Shown: positions 12,811 to 26,224 of the stretch, piece after piece
Position numbering within the stretch: the stretch's first letter is position 1
Layout: every line of letters starts with the position of its first letter
NCBI GenBank assembly: GCA_050575255.1
Contig: JBNZDD010013595.1
Coordinates: 1,406,039-1,470,038, forward strand
Direction of reading: 5' to 3'
Source of the DNA: Harriotta raleighana
Taxonomy: Eukaryota
DNA length: 64,000 nucleotides
Program-made: the position numbers and the translations under genes
The notes under the pieces: model-generated
Databases searched by the model: none
Told to the model about the DNA's origin: nothing
What the model saw: the letters and a program-made list of their open reading frames with translations, nothing else

Positions 12811-12989
12811 CAATCTTGAGTGCAGCATTCATCAGTGCTAAAACCTTAGGTTTTCACGCAAAATGTAGTGTCTACTTAGAGAAAACATTGTTTATATGGA
12901 AGGAATTTATGCTGATGTCATCTACATAAAATATATTTTTTAGACCCCATAAGAGAATAACTTATTTTGAGCTATATTCTAATTCAACC

Positions 12990-13480
12990 TAGTATTTGAT
13001 TACCTTTATTAACAGGCTTCTCGTTGATTGTAACTTTTAACTCCTTTCCCTCTCTACTCTGTTAATGGGCACCATTCATTTCTACACATCATATTTCTTC
13101 TTCTGATAAGCATAACCTTGTATGTTTTCTACATTAAAATCCATCTGCCACTCCTCAGCCCATCTGTTCAATTAATCCAGATCTTCCTGAATATCATTTA
13201 TCCTCTTTATTTTGGTCACTTGGGCACAGAGCTTGTTAACACAAGCAGAATTTATATCATTACAAGAAGTGTTTTTGCAGAAAGTCAGTTAAGAATTGTG
13301 TGAACATTCAGGATCCAGATCAGACCCTAGAGGAATTCTATTTATCACTCCACACCCTCCCAGATTTCCATTAACCTTCATCTTTTTTATCATTCCAGTT
13401 TTCATTCTAGCTCACTAATTTGCCAATATAAGAGTTCTCTCTTTTTCTCTGAATATAATACGTTTTATAATCTAGTGAGT
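12990..13480 (-). mobile_element. Old CR1 LINE RT fragment
   Basis: Reverse strand resembles CR1 WQMDFNV.K and GIPLGS.LDP..F (degenerate GVPQGSVLGP). Confidence 0.55.
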
Positions 13481-14142
13481 ACCCCCCCACCCAGTATTCA
13501 ATCATAATTATAATCACAAGTGTATTGAATGCATCCATTATATCCAAACCAGTTACTTAATAGGTTGCCCAAGATGGCCATCGACCACATAAACAATTAT
13601 ATTCATAATAAATCACCTGCAATAGAGGAACTCAGGGTTATAAATAATGAGAATGTTCTGCAAGTATCCAGTTTGTCTCTTTCAAAACAGCTGTTAGTAA
13701 CATTAAGCATAGCCCAGCAAATAGTTTGTCATCTTAATGCTTCTAACAAAAAATGAACAATTTTGAAATGGATGCCAGTTTCTAAGGATTTGCTAAATTG
13801 TACATTTATTCTCAAAGGAATTGTTAAAACTTGTCAATAATTCTCGACTTCTACTTGAAGAGGATTGCAACATAACCTCTGAACCAGCACAGAATGACAC
13901 CAACTACATTGATTATAAATCTTTGTAAGTATCTTTAATGTGGCTCTTTAGCATGACAAACAGATTGCTCCGTTAATAGGAATTCAAATGAGATTCCTTA
14001 GCAAGGAATCATATTCGGAAATACTTCAAATTAGACACAGCATTTATATTTCTATCAGAATATCTAAAACAAAACTATCTCTTTGATGTGCAGAATTTGG
14101 CTAAGGTGAACTTTTTTATTAGTGGAAGAATAATTATAATCT

Positions 14143-14708
14143 CTGGATAGAGAGGAAGTACTGAAAAGGTTGACAGCGCTGAAGGTAGATAAGTCGCCCA
14201 GTCCAGATAGGATGCATCCTAGGTTATTAAGGGAAGTACGAGAGCAAATAGCAGAGGCTCTGGCCACAATCTTTCAATCTGACACAGGAGTGGTGCCAGA
14301 TGACTGGAAGGTTGCTAACATTACTCCCCTGTATAAAAAGGGGCAGAAGGACAAGCTGGGAACTACAGGCCAGTCAGTCTAACATCAGTAGTGAGGAAAC
14401 TTCTAGAGACTATAATCAGGGACAAGATAGATCTTCACTTAGAAAGATATAGGTTAATAAAGGACAGCCAGCACAGAGTTGCTAAAGGCAAATCTTGCCT
14501 GACATATCTGATAGAATTTTTTGATGAGGTAATGGAATGGGTGGATTAGGGTAGTGCAGTTGATGTAGTTTATATGGACTTTCAAAAGGCATTTGACAAC
14601 GTGCCATGTAAAAGGCTTATAAAGAAAATGGAGGTCCACGGCTTTAAAGGGACAGTAGCAGCATAGATCCAGAACTGGCTGAGAGATAGGAAGCAGAGAG
14701 TTGTGGTG
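14143..14708 (+). mobile_element. CR1 LINE ORF2 fragment
   Basis: LKVDKSPSPDRMHPRLLREV, VPDDWKVANITPLYKKG and YMDFQKAFD motifs. Confidence 0.92.
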
Positions 14709-15352
14709 CCCAGAATTGAACACTCCTCTAGCTGAGGCCTGAACATTGTTTTAAAAAAAGCATCATAACCTTTTTACTTTGGATTCTATGCCCCTATTTA
14801 TAAAGCCAAGGATCCTGTATGCTATTTTAACAGCTATATCTACCACCTTCAAAGACTTGCTTATGTGAACCCCAGATCACTCTGTTCCTACACCCCCCCT
14901 ATAAGATTATATCTTATATCTTATATCTTCTCTCCTAATTCTTCCTCCTAAAATGCATCACTTCATCTTTCTCTGCCATAATTTAATCTGCCATGTGTTT
15001 GGCCATTTGACCAGTCAGTGTAAGTCTTCCTGCAGTCTTCCAGTATCTTCCTCACCGTTTACTACTTTTCCTAGCAAACAGTCTGAAAATTTGGAAATTG
15101 TACTCCGTATACCCAGGTTCATGTCATTCATATAGATTAAACTGAGCTGTGGTCCTAATACCTACCCCTGGGGGACACCGCTGTATACATCCCTCCAGTC
15201 AGGATAACAAAGGTTCGCCACTATTCTCTGTTTTCTGCCTCCTTGCCAATTTTGTATCCATACTGCTTTGTCCCTTCAATACTGTGGTCTTAAATTTTGC
15301 TGACAAATGTACTTTATCAAACTATGTGGCACTATATCAAACACCTTTTGAT
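14709..15352 (-). mobile_element. CR1 LINE ORF2 fragment, opposite orientation
   Basis: Reverse strand: YQKVFDIVPH, SGVPQG.VLGP, YMNDMNLG; partly overlaps in sequence with the + copy immediately upstream. Confidence 0.85.
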
Positions 15353-15370
15353 AATCTGTGGAAGCAGATT

Positions 15371-15935
15371 TAGAATCATAGAATTTTTCAGCAGAAAAGG
15401 AGGCCATTCGGCCCATCAAGTCTGTCCCAGCTCTTTGAGAAGAGCTATTCAAAGTCAATCCCACTCCCCAGCTCTCTCCCCGCAAACCCGTCCTCCCCAA
15501 ATAACCATCCACTTCTCTTTTAAAACTTGTTATCGAATTGACCTCCACCATCCTTTCAGGCAATGCATTCCAGAATCAAACAACTCGCTACGAGAAACAA
15601 TTTCTCCTCACCTTCCCTCTACTTCTTTTAGAAACTATTTTAAATCTGTGACCTCGAGTCACTGACACACCCACCAGTGGAAACAGTTTTTCACAGTTTA
15701 CCCTTTCTAATCCGCCCATGATTTTGAAAACCTCTACTAAGTCTCCTCATAACCTGTTCTGCTCCGATGAGAAAAATCCTAGCCTCATATCCGAAGTCCC
15801 TCATTCCTGGTGCCATAAAGTGTAAATCTCCTCTGCACCCTTTGTAATGCCTTAACATCCTTTCTAATATATGGTGACCATTACAAAGTACTCTAGCTGA
15901 GGCCTAACCAATGTTTTATACAGGTTAATCAGAAC
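15371..15935 (-). mobile_element. CR1 LINE 3' end with (TTCTATGA)-type tail
   Basis: LPERMVEVNSITSFKREVDGYL, LYKTLVRPQLEY; tail TAGAATCATAGAAT at 15371. Confidence 0.9.
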
Positions 15936-17002
15936 TTTCTGACTTTTGCAGCCAGAAACAGAAACAATAAACCAAATGGCCTCCATCTGTGGCTGTATAA
16001 TTCTATGATTCCTTGGAATAGTTACAATTTGATGAAATCTCAATAGACAGAATTTCTGGGACAAAGGGGCCAGAGCAAGAGACAGCAAATGTAATCTGTT
16101 TCTTAGGACTTTTCACTAGCTTGGGATAGGGAAATATATTTATTTTCCCCTATTCTATTTATTTTCTGCTCTCCTGAAGGCAGTGACTATTTTTTTTAAA
16201 AGGTATTTTTTAAACTCTGAAAGACCTGAATTAGGGATGGAATAGTTTGTCATGAGGCAAGTGCAAAAGTGCGATCTTTAGTGTTTTTTGTATTCCTGCC
16301 AGAAGCTTTGTCTGACTGTTCAGGTGAATGTTAATCAAGATCACATGGCATTATTTCAAGAAGAGAAGGCAGTTTCTCTCCTGGCCAACAATTCCCCAAA
16401 GAATATTGGTCATCAATTTCATAGCTGTTTGTGGGACATTGCTGTGTGCAATTTACCCCAGTCAAAAATCATTTACAGAAATGAGCACAGTAATTCAATG
16501 AGGTCATTTCTTATTCATGTCCTCAGTCACACTTTTCTATTATCCTCTGATCATCTAGGTACTATAGTTATGGATTGCCAGTCACTTGCACCCATGCATT
16601 TACTTCTACAGGTCACAGGTCCTGACATGTCATCTCCAATAAATCACTGTGCATAAATGAGCTTCCTTTGACTCCCATTATAACACAATGTTATATTACA
16701 CGTGGCAAGAGACAAAGCCAGGACAAAAATAACAATTCTTGACATCCCACATTTAATCAACATTAAAGCTATCACTATCCTCGCAGGGTGGGGCTGGGGG
16801 TTCTCCTTGAGGCTGAGTTGGCTCCAATGTGACATTTTTACCAATGGAATGTCAGATCACATCAGCCCTCTCTGGTGGGTTTACTTTTCCAGGCCCTAAC
16901 TCAAATGTGTCTGCAGTATTCCAAGCACTGCTGATGATAGACCGGCCAACCTAACTAGCCGGTAGAATTTACAATTCTTGCCACTCAGCTCCTGTTAACT
17001 GA

Positions 17003-17260
17003 TAATAATAACAAGCCTTGCATTTTATATAGCGTTTTTCATGTCTTCTAGACGTCTCTTCTTGACAGAATATTCTGTAAAGAGAATTGACTGTATATTT
17101 GCAGGCGGAACACATCAGGGATGTCCTCCCGACGTGAAAGGCACAATACAAGTGTAATTTTGTTGTTGTTGTCAGCCAATTGCACACAGAGGTGTCCCAC
17201 AAATAGTCATGGATTGAAATGACCAATTTATTCTAGGTTTTTTCAGATGGATTATTATTA
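17003..17260 (-). mobile_element. tRNA-SINE body/tail with an inserted + strand L2 tail (~17115-17171)
   Basis: GCATTTTATATAGCGTTTTTCATGTCTTCTAGACG and CAGCCAATTGCACACAG flank GGGATGTCCTCCCGACGTGAAAGGCAC...(TTG)n. Confidence 0.75.
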
Positions 17261-18091
17261 GGTGTGTGGAGTAAACAAATTTGCCCATAGCTCCAACAGG
17301 CAGGGTAAAGCAACAGGAAGCTTGCGGGACAGTGGTTTCAATGAAAAGCTATATGAGTTTAGGTGGTTAAATTCCAGCAGTATCCCAACACACGCTCCAG
17401 GATGCCCACGCCTTTGCTCTCTTATATCTGTGCCTACTACTCTGCAGAATTAACTGAGCAGGCTGTGTCCCTTGAAGGAGGGAATGTATATTCCATTACA
17501 AACACAGGGACATTTCCATGTGTGCATAGATATGTGCAACTCTCAGTTTGGTTTGGGATATTCTTAAGCATGGTGGTGAGTTTCTTCACATGTCAGATGC
17601 TGAGCTGAACAAGAAAAAAAACATCCATGTGCAAAGTTTGATAAACTGGGTTTAGAAATCTACGATTGCTTCAGTGCTACAAGTTCAAAATGTAGTTACT
17701 TTATCTTCAGTTATTACATTCGTAGTGACAAGAAAAAAAACCATTATGATTATCCCAGTAAACATCCCATGTTACAGACAGGTTTAATAAAATGGGATAG
17801 ACATTCAATTATTAACAGCAACTTATCTTCAGAAAAATCAATTGGTTTTCTTTGAAAGCCTAATAAAGTCAATCTTGCAGTCTGTAGTGTGCAATGAGCC
17901 AGGTATTACAAGCTGAAGCAGTTCTGCATCTAGTCTTATTTGTTGTAAATATGAATTCACTGTTGAAAACCACTCAAAGAGCAGCAATGCCAAGGACTCC
18001 TGTTTGAACTCTGTGAAGCAAAGATCATAATCTGGCAGAGGACAGGGGATGTTGGTAAAAGGGGTGTTCAGAATCCATTGCTTTAAAATCT

Positions 18092-18500
18092 AGGAGCTCC
18101 CCTTGTGTTCAGTAGATAAAAGCATTGTGTAATTTGGTTCTCACGCTTCCAAATCCACACTCGACCCTGGTTTGAGTAGCCAATCTCTATTGTGGCAAAC
18201 ACATTAGCTAGGCTCAGCATTCACAAAGTAGGAAGGGAACAAAAAGTCAGGATTCCCATTCCTCTGTACTATCCAGTGTCTCTCCCTCCCTTCCTCATAT
18301 ATACATTGACTGAGGTGAAGCTCAGGCCTGTCTCATAGTCAGATACAGTACAGTACTTGCAACACTTAGAATTCTGGCTCACCCAAGAATAATTACTTGA
18401 GCAATGTAGCAGAGTAAGTTCTCAGAAACATTACTCTAGCATGAGTAAGAGCATTTAGGACAGGAGGAGCAGCTGAAGAAAATTGAAGAGAAAATTGAGG
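18092..18500 (+). mobile_element. Old tRNA-derived SINE of a further family (degraded); similar split copy at ~43555-43735 and ~44170-44340
   Basis: tRNA-like head, internal GGATTCCCATTCCT..ACTATCCAGTG and GGCTCAC..AAGAAT..ACTTG motifs and purine-rich tail; similarity to shark SINEs is recalled, not searched. Confidence 0.5.
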
Positions 18501-21500
18501 AACAAATTTAGAAACACCTGTTAAGATATTATGGCAGAACTGTATAAAACTTTGACATGATCAGGACCTTAACAAAGTTAACTTAAGAATGACCATTATT
18601 CAATTAAGTGCCCCAATTAGAGATTAACTCTTAATATTTAGGGACAACCATCTAAAGCTACCAGCCAATGAATCACATATAAATATATGTAGATAGATAT
18701 GTTAAAAGGAAAACAACAAAGTGCTTTTAAGTGAGACAGTGGCTAAACTCCTATGACTAAATGTAGCTTAGCACGATTGGCTATGCTTAATTAATTTTTC
18801 TCTCAGCTGATTATAGAAGGCACAGACACTATCGGAATGTCGAAAAAGCATCATCTGTGCTGTTCTACATCAAATGCAGAATAGCTCCTTGCAATATTCA
18901 TTGCTGCACAATGCTTTTGCCCCCACAGGTCATTAAACAAAACCATGCCTGGTCCCACATGAAAACTATGGGTGCCTGGAAAATTGGATCTCTCTCCTCT
19001 CACATTAAACATTGATTATTAATGACGCAGATCAAAGCTATTTGTTCAAAACACAAACCTGATCTCCTTCCATCTGTTCCTTTACCCTCAGAAGGTCATG
19101 AGGAATCAGCGGGAATAAGGGGGAGGAAGGAGATGCTGCTATAGTTTTACAAAGCTATTTAGAAAATGGGATCTCTGATATGAGAAATTTGCAACCATTC
19201 ATTTGTTAACCAAGTAAGAATATACATAAAGCTTCAGACATTAATTATTCTGCAGACATCTCATTAGCTATTCTAAGAGGTAGCCTTGATTTATAGATCA
19301 ATACAACATGAGCTGATAGTCAGCTTGTAAAAATTTGATGTGCTATGTATATATTTTTAATATTTTATTTTCCTTCCTTTAATATTTAACATATTTTCCA
19401 GGGGATGGTTCTTGCCAGCTGAGAGACTGGAGAAGTGATCTTGTCTCCCAGGACTAATTTGCCTTTGCTGTTTCTTTTTCACTCTCAAGGAATTTGCAAC
19501 TGTGGCTTCAGATCATAGACTCCCCAGATTTTCTCTTCCTTTGAGTATATGCTGGCCTCAATCAGGCCCCCTCCCCACTACTGCTTTGAAGAATAAGCTT
19601 ACTTGTTTGTGTATCTGCTTCATAACTTTTTGTAGAACAGGCACGGAATCAGGATTTACAGCCAGCTACCAGTTCGTTGGGCCGTCAATGATCCCAATAT
19701 CATGCTAAATAGAAAGAAACAGCAGTACAACCTCCGAGAAATGATCATCTACTATTCTGAGTCAAAAGGGCCAATGTTTGTCTGATTTTTCTACGCTTTT
19801 CAAAAATGAACTGTAGCATAGACTAAACTATTGTATTTCATTTTTGATAATTCTGTCAAAGCATATTCATTTGCTTTACATTAATAGTTCAGAATTATAG
19901 ACTATTCTGCTACCAAGGAAGGGAGAAGGGAGAGCAGGGGTGTAGCAAGGTTGCACTGCATAGATTTCAGCCACTGAGCTGTTTGTGATAAAGCGAATAA
20001 TAATAATTCTTATACTTGAATTAGCACCTTTCACATTGGGAGGATGTCTCAAACTATTTCACAAGATTTATAGTGGAGTGTAGTTATGGCTCTGCATTTT
20101 GTATGCAAATACAGAGTGGCAATTTGTGCATACAACAAGCTATGAAATAAATTTCCATGTTTTAATTGGGGTAATTGTTGGCCCGGATCCTGGGAGAAAT
20201 TTCCTTCTCTTTCATGCCAATGGGGTCTCAATTGACCTCAATATGCAGTGGGGATCCTAACATGAGGCTTTAACCCACACCTACTGAGTCAATGGCTGAC
20301 ATCTTGTCAGGCTCCTCAAAATGTATTTTCTCAGTTTTATTTTTACTCCACTTCACAAAGATTCTGTGGAGCCTTTGGGACATTATTCCGACATGAAAGT
20401 TGCCATATCAAATGCAAGGATTATCTTTATTGTTACTTTCTTGGGATGTTTCTGTACCGACACAAGGGCTGTGAAAGCTAGGCAGACAAGTTAGGAATGG
20501 GAAAATATGAGTCTTGAGCCAACTGTATGAAAATGCCCCCACTACAACAACAGCAACAACAATGTGCATTTAAATAGCTCCTTTCAGATGCTTCGGAGTA
20601 CTGTACTCATTAGCTAGACACAGCTACAAGAATGCATCTGTTTTAAAATAATTTGCAGAGCACAACATCTTTTGCTGATGTGAAGTAAAGATAAAGTTAA
20701 ATTGTTTGCCAAAGGCACAACTCAAATTTCACCAACAACAAATAGCAGAGCCTCAAAATTCTCAGGTTATGAGCCTTATGATCATTAACTTGAATTGTAA
20801 GATTGTATGCAATTTGTTTTTTTTAAATCTTAAATTGCACCTAAATTTGGAAGTTGGTTTACCACAGCTCTATTTTTTTTTAATTGTTATGGTAAATCAG
20901 TTGACAATTTAGATCGGATTAAAGAATTTTCAGCAAATTCTGTACCACCTTATATTCTAAAAAAAATCCAAAGATTGAGACTGAGAGATTCGGGTTGTCA
21001 GATTTAAGTAAGCATTAGCATAGTTAGAAAGTTGCCGCTTGAAGTCACTCTTTGTATGTTGATGGTATTTTTGAGAGGACGGGGAAATCTGGTGGGTAAT
21101 GAATTTCTTCTGCACTTTATAACCACTTGCAGTACATAAGGCTGCTAAATAGGCACAAACCACACAGGTTGCTGTGAGTTTAGATTCCTCCTGCATTTCC
21201 TTCACATGCTCAGTGACTGTAACCTGAGAAATACCATTTCTGCTGCTCAAATGCAGCATTTTCATTCACCACACATACTGCATCCTCAGGGCACCACTCA
21301 GTTCCTGGAAGCCATTTGACAAGTTAGTTAAATCCTGATGACTTGTACATTTACAGGCTGTAATTCCTCAGGGTTCTACCCTTGGAATTATGCTTTATAA
21401 ATACGAATGTGATAATGAGTTAACTAATGCTGGACATAAATCATATTGGGTCAATTAAAACTGACACCGTGAAGCCTGTTGAAAATTCCAGTTCATACTT

Positions 21501-21679
21501 ATTAAATAACTCATTATGTTGACTCTGCATGGAACCTACTAAAAGAGAAGCTATGTTGGAGAGGTGAATGTAGATTGCTTGTTTGATTCACTGCTTGCTG
21601 ACAGATTTATGGTACCCTGCAAGTATTTGTTTTGAGGTGAAAAGGTGAATTAAGTTGTGTTCTTCATGTAATTTCATTT

Positions 21680-21845
21680 AATAATAATAATTATTATCAC
21701 TGTATTTGAGATAGTGCTTTTCACGTCTTCAAAGCACTTCACACAATATACTGTAAAATGAATCAACTGTATATTTTGAGGATGAAACGTGGCAGCCAAT
21801 TGCACACAGCAGTGTCCCACAAATAGTCTTGGAGTGAAACCCATT
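21680..21845 (-). mobile_element. tRNA-SINE 3' half
   Basis: (AAT)n tail plus GTGGCAGCCAATTGCACACAGCAGTGTCCCACAAA core. Confidence 0.8.
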
Positions 21846-21854
21846 ATGACCAGT

Positions 21855-22375
21855 GTAGAAGTAGAGGAGGAGGGAAGAGTTATCAGGAAATTGGAGGACG
21901 ATAAATGAAGAGGATTTTGAAAGAGAGGTAGGGATGGTACAGGGTTAAATATTGAAAAGAGGGGAAGGAACCAGAGGAATAGGGTAATATTTAGGAAGTT
22001 TGCACCACATCTATTTGAGGGGGATGTGTGATGAAAGGTGTAGCCCGAAGGGGGAAGATTTGATCAGTGGGACAGGGTCAAGGGGGGACAACACAGTCAG
22101 CACAAGAATGTCGATGTGCTCGTCCAAGATGAAGTTATAGATCATGAGGGCTTTATTTGAGAGGGAGTTTATTGGAGGGAAATGCAAGTGGGTGAGCTAG
22201 GCAGGGAGGCTGGGGTGTATTTTATGCAATGGGGGAGAAATGGAGGGTGGAGGAAGTTGAGAAGAGAAAGGATATGGATAAGGGAAGAAGTGTTTACCTT
22301 TCGGAAGCAAGGAAGGCGGTTGGGTTGGGGAGAATGGGCGATGGAGATGTCGGGGTGGCTGCTTTGGGATGACTA
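21855..22375 (-). mobile_element. L2 LINE 5' ORF2 (endonuclease) fragment
   Basis: Reverse strand gives SLSNKALMI...DEHID and [10 protein letters not shown]-like segments, parallel to the 24.2-24.7 kb copy. Confidence 0.65.
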
Positions 22376-22384
22376 TCACCAAAA

Positions 22385-23072
22385 CTTATAACTTGAGGCT
22401 TAGAAGGAAAATAAAAGCCCACTGTATTAAAGAGAGAGTGGCAGCATGGATCCAGAAATGGCTGGGAGACAGAAAGCAGAGAGTTGTGGTGAATGTTTTT
22501 TCTGACTGGAGGGAACAGCATAGTGGTGTCCCCCAGGGATCAGTTTTGGGACCACTGCTATTTTTAATATACTGTACATAAATGATCTGGACTTAGGTAT
22601 AAGAAGTACAATTTCCAAGTTTGCAGATGATACCAAGTTAGGTGAAGTAGTAAATAGTAAGGAGGCTAGTAGCCGACTTCAAGAGGGCATAGACAAAATG
22701 TAAATTGGGCAGAAACATGGCAGATGAAGTTTAATGTGGAGAAATGCAAGGTGATGCATTTTGGATGGAAAAATGAGGAAAGGCAATATAGGCTAGATAA
22801 TACAATCTTAAGGGAGTTGAAGGAAGAGAGAGACCTATAGGGTTCATGTTAGTAAATCTTTGAAGGTGGCAGGACATGTAGATAAGCCTGTTTAAAAAAA
22901 AAAGCATACGGGATACTAGGATTTATAAATAGGGGCATTGAGTACAAAAATCAGGCAGTTATGATTAACCTGTGCAAAACATTGGTTAGGCCCCAGTTAG
23001 AGTACTGTGTTCAGTTCTGGGCACAACACTTTAGGAAGAATGTTAAGGCATTGGAAAGGGTGCAGAGGAGAT
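22385..23072 (+). mobile_element. CR1 LINE RT fragment
   Basis: WIQKWLGDRKQRVVVN, SGVPQGSVLGPLLFLIY, SKFADDTKLG, LVRPQLEYCVQFW. Confidence 0.93.
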
Positions 23073-23104
23073 TTATGCTCTCTCGAGGCACTAACAGAGG
23101 CATT

Positions 23105-23380
23105 AAAAGTTTTTTCCTGTTCTCCTTCCCCCTACTCTGACCCTTCCTCTTGCCATCTTTCCCCCCTTTCTACCCTAACCCCACTTCCATGACTATTTGT
23201 GGGACACTGCTATGGACAATTTGGCTGCCGTGTTTTCGCCCACAAATATAGTCAATTTTTCCTACTTTCCTTCCCCCGACCCCTCCCTCACTGCTCTGAT
23301 CCCTAGTTGACTGTATAGCGCCTTGGGACATCCTCCCGACGTGAAAGGCGCTATATAAATGTAATTTTGATTGATTGATT
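23105..23380 (+). mobile_element. Composite SINE-core/L2-tail repeat ending in (GATT)n
   Basis: CCCCACTTCCATGACT.TTTGTGGGACACTGCT core, pyrimidine tract, then GGGACATCCTCCCGACGTGAAAGGCGCTATATAAATGTAATTTTGATTGATTGATT; copies at 46913 and 50747. Confidence 0.85.
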
Positions 23381-24224
23381 GTGTTGTGAGTGCACCACAT
23401 GTAAATAAAACATCACTCAATAGCATGTTATTAAAACTCACCACATATCAGTGCTGAGGATGATGTTAGAAATAGAAACTAAATTGCAGTTTGATATATT
23501 CAACTAGAATTTATGTTTATTGTGCTTCCCACACCACTTTGTTCAAAGTCAGCCTGTGTTAATAATTTATGGATTGTGAAATAGTAATATGTATGTGTAC
23601 CTTCATCATGTTTATTTTTAAAAAGAAATAAATGAAATCTGGTGGAGGAGGATTCAATTTAGTAAATTTAGCTTAGCACTAACTCTGGATTGTCTCGGTT
23701 TATCAAATATTCATTACAATGATGCAGCTATTCCCTCTCATGGTTTGCAAAGTTTTTGAAGATTTTGTCTTCTATTAATTTGTGCCGGGAGTTCACATAA
23801 CCAGGCAACATCTCTTCTCAACTTGTGTTGCAGCATTTTCAGACATCATGATTTTAAACAAGATCTATAATAAGTATTGATAAGCAAAATTATCAGTACT
23901 TAACATATTAATATAAAGTCTTCACAATATTACAAGAAAGGTTCAAAAGCAGAAGGTCCTTCAGCCTATTTCATCTCATGCATCCAGATTACCCACCCTA
24001 TCTTCCTTCTTTTACAACACCAAGCTGTTTCCAAAAAAGTCCAGCATCCTGGCTTCAACCATTCCTCCTGGTGACCAAACCTAATCATTAATTATCCTTG
24101 GTGTACCTGACAATTTGGTTCTGGGTTTATTTTTTCTAAATTATAGAATATTATCCCCTCTGTGATATCTCTATTCATTGTTCATATCTCTAACCATTGG
24201 GCTCATTCTTGTTGCCCCGAGACC

Positions 24225-26180
24225 CTGGGTGCAGTTCCCTCTGCAACAAGACTCTAATCATCAATGACCTCATCGTTGATGACAATATTGATATCATGGC
24301 CTTCACCGAAACATGGATCAGCCCAGATGAAACCTTCCCCCTGCCTGAGACCACACCACCCAGCTATGCTCCCACCATACCCCATGTCACAATTGCCGTG
24401 ACGATGGTGTGGCCTTCATCTCCAGGCTGCCGAGTTCCGCCCACAAATATACAGTCAATTCACTTTACAGTATATTCTTTGAAGCACTTTGGGACGTCGA
24501 TAAGATGTGGAAAGCGCTATATCAAATGCAAGGATTATTATTATTATTATTATCACTTGCTCTATCTCCCTACTCCTCCAGCTCATTCCCCTCATTCAAG
24601 CACCTTACCATCTGTCATTCCTCCAAACATTCCTTCAAAATCCTCTTCATTTATTGCACCCCCAAAGGTCCCCCACCTTCATTTCTACTTTTCTAGATTC
24701 CCTCTGCCTCTGTTCTGCTTGCCTCCTCATCCTTGATGACCTCATCCTTCACTTCGCCACTTCCTCGGACTTCTCTCTCTTCTCTTCTCTCAACCTCTCC
24801 ATTTACATCCACTCCACAACCCATGTTCATGGCCACCCACGCAACCTAGTGAATTACCCGGGGCCTCAGTACCTTGGATATCATCACCACAAACAAGGCT
24901 GTCTCCGATCCCCACTTAATCTCCTTTAACTCCTCAATTTCTCTTCCCACCACCACCAAACCCACCTCCACTGCCCTGGAAGAAAATCTTCCTGCAATCC
25001 CTCTCCTCAACCCTGGATTCATCAGAATTCCTCTCTCTCTAGCTTACATCCCACACATTTATCCTTTTTGTTCACTCTCTTCCATAATACCCTCTCCATT
25101 ACTCTCAAAGCCCTTGCGACCAAACCCTCGAACTGCCTCCTATTCACCAATCTCTCTCTGATATACCAGCCACCTACACTACCTCAAGGTCAAGTGTGGG
25201 CCAATGATCGTACCTGACTCAAATCTGACCTAACAGTCCACCGGCATATCTGGGTAGATCACATCAAATCATAATTAATTTAGCTTAGCACTAACTCTCC
25301 CCTTTTGCCTCCACCAAATCGTCCTTCTACTCCAAGATAATCTTGGAGGCAAAGGGCAATCCCTGGCTCCTATCCTCCACAACCAATCAGCTCTTCCATC
25401 CACCTGAAACTGGCGCACCTATTCACTCCTCAAATTCTGACTGTGTGGAGAAGCTGGATTTCCTCAAGTCCCAAATTGAAGGAATCCGTTCAGCTGCTTC
25501 TGCCCTCCAATTGCCATTCCCTCTCACACTCTGAACCTTAACCATCCCTACTTTCACATTTTCTAACCTGTCCCCTCTCTCTCTCATCACCATCATATCA
25601 ACCATGAATCACACTACTTGCTCCCTTGAAAGTATATTCCCACCCCTCTCCTTTCCTCCCCTCTCCACCTACTTACTCTCCAACACCATCAATCTCTCCC
25701 TATTATCATGGCATCCTTCCCATCACCTCAATACAGCTACAATCTCCCCGATCCTGAAGAAACCTTTCCTGAATGCATACCTGCTTTCCAGCTACTGGCC
25801 CAGCTCCAATCTTCCTTTCCTCTCCAAGGTCCTTGAAAGAGTCTTTGCTTCCCAACTTTGCTCATTACTCTCCTGCCGTTCCCTTCACGAGCCCCTCCAA
25901 TCAAGTTTCATGCTGCACACAGCACAGAAACTGTTCTGGTCAAGGACACAAGTAAAACCCTGTCCATCTGTAACCAGGGCTCCCTCCTCATCCTCCTCGA
26001 CCTCTCTACTGCCATCAACAACCATGAACCACTCAATTCTCATCCACCACCTCTCCTCTCATCCCAACACTGCCCTTCCCCTCTCCCCCATGCTCAGAAC
26101 CTGACACCTGACTGTTCAGTACCTTGGCACATCCTCCAATATGAAAGGTGGTCTACGAATGTGATTTTGTTGTTGTTGTA
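24225..26180 (+). mobile_element. Long decayed L2 LINE ORF2 (endonuclease to RT N-terminus, deleted, L2 tail); SINE tail inserted at 24425-24552
   Basis: SLCNKTLIINDLIVDDNIDIMAFTETWI, FKILFIYC, PILKKP..YWPSSNLPFLSKVLER, HSTETVLVK, LILLDLS; tail ...TTTTGTTGTTGTTG. Confidence 0.9.
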
Positions 26181-26224
26181 CTGCTCTGTATTACCACTGG
26201 AGTTTGCGCAGCCCCTCTATATAT

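Noticed and set aside
14143-15352. Adjacent inverted CR1 pieces as one twin-primed insertion
   Set aside because: The two pieces overlap in consensus position and are clearly diverged, indicating independent insertions
20957-21265. 102-aa minus-strand ORF as a coding exon
   Set aside because: No recognisable domain and only a weak donor site
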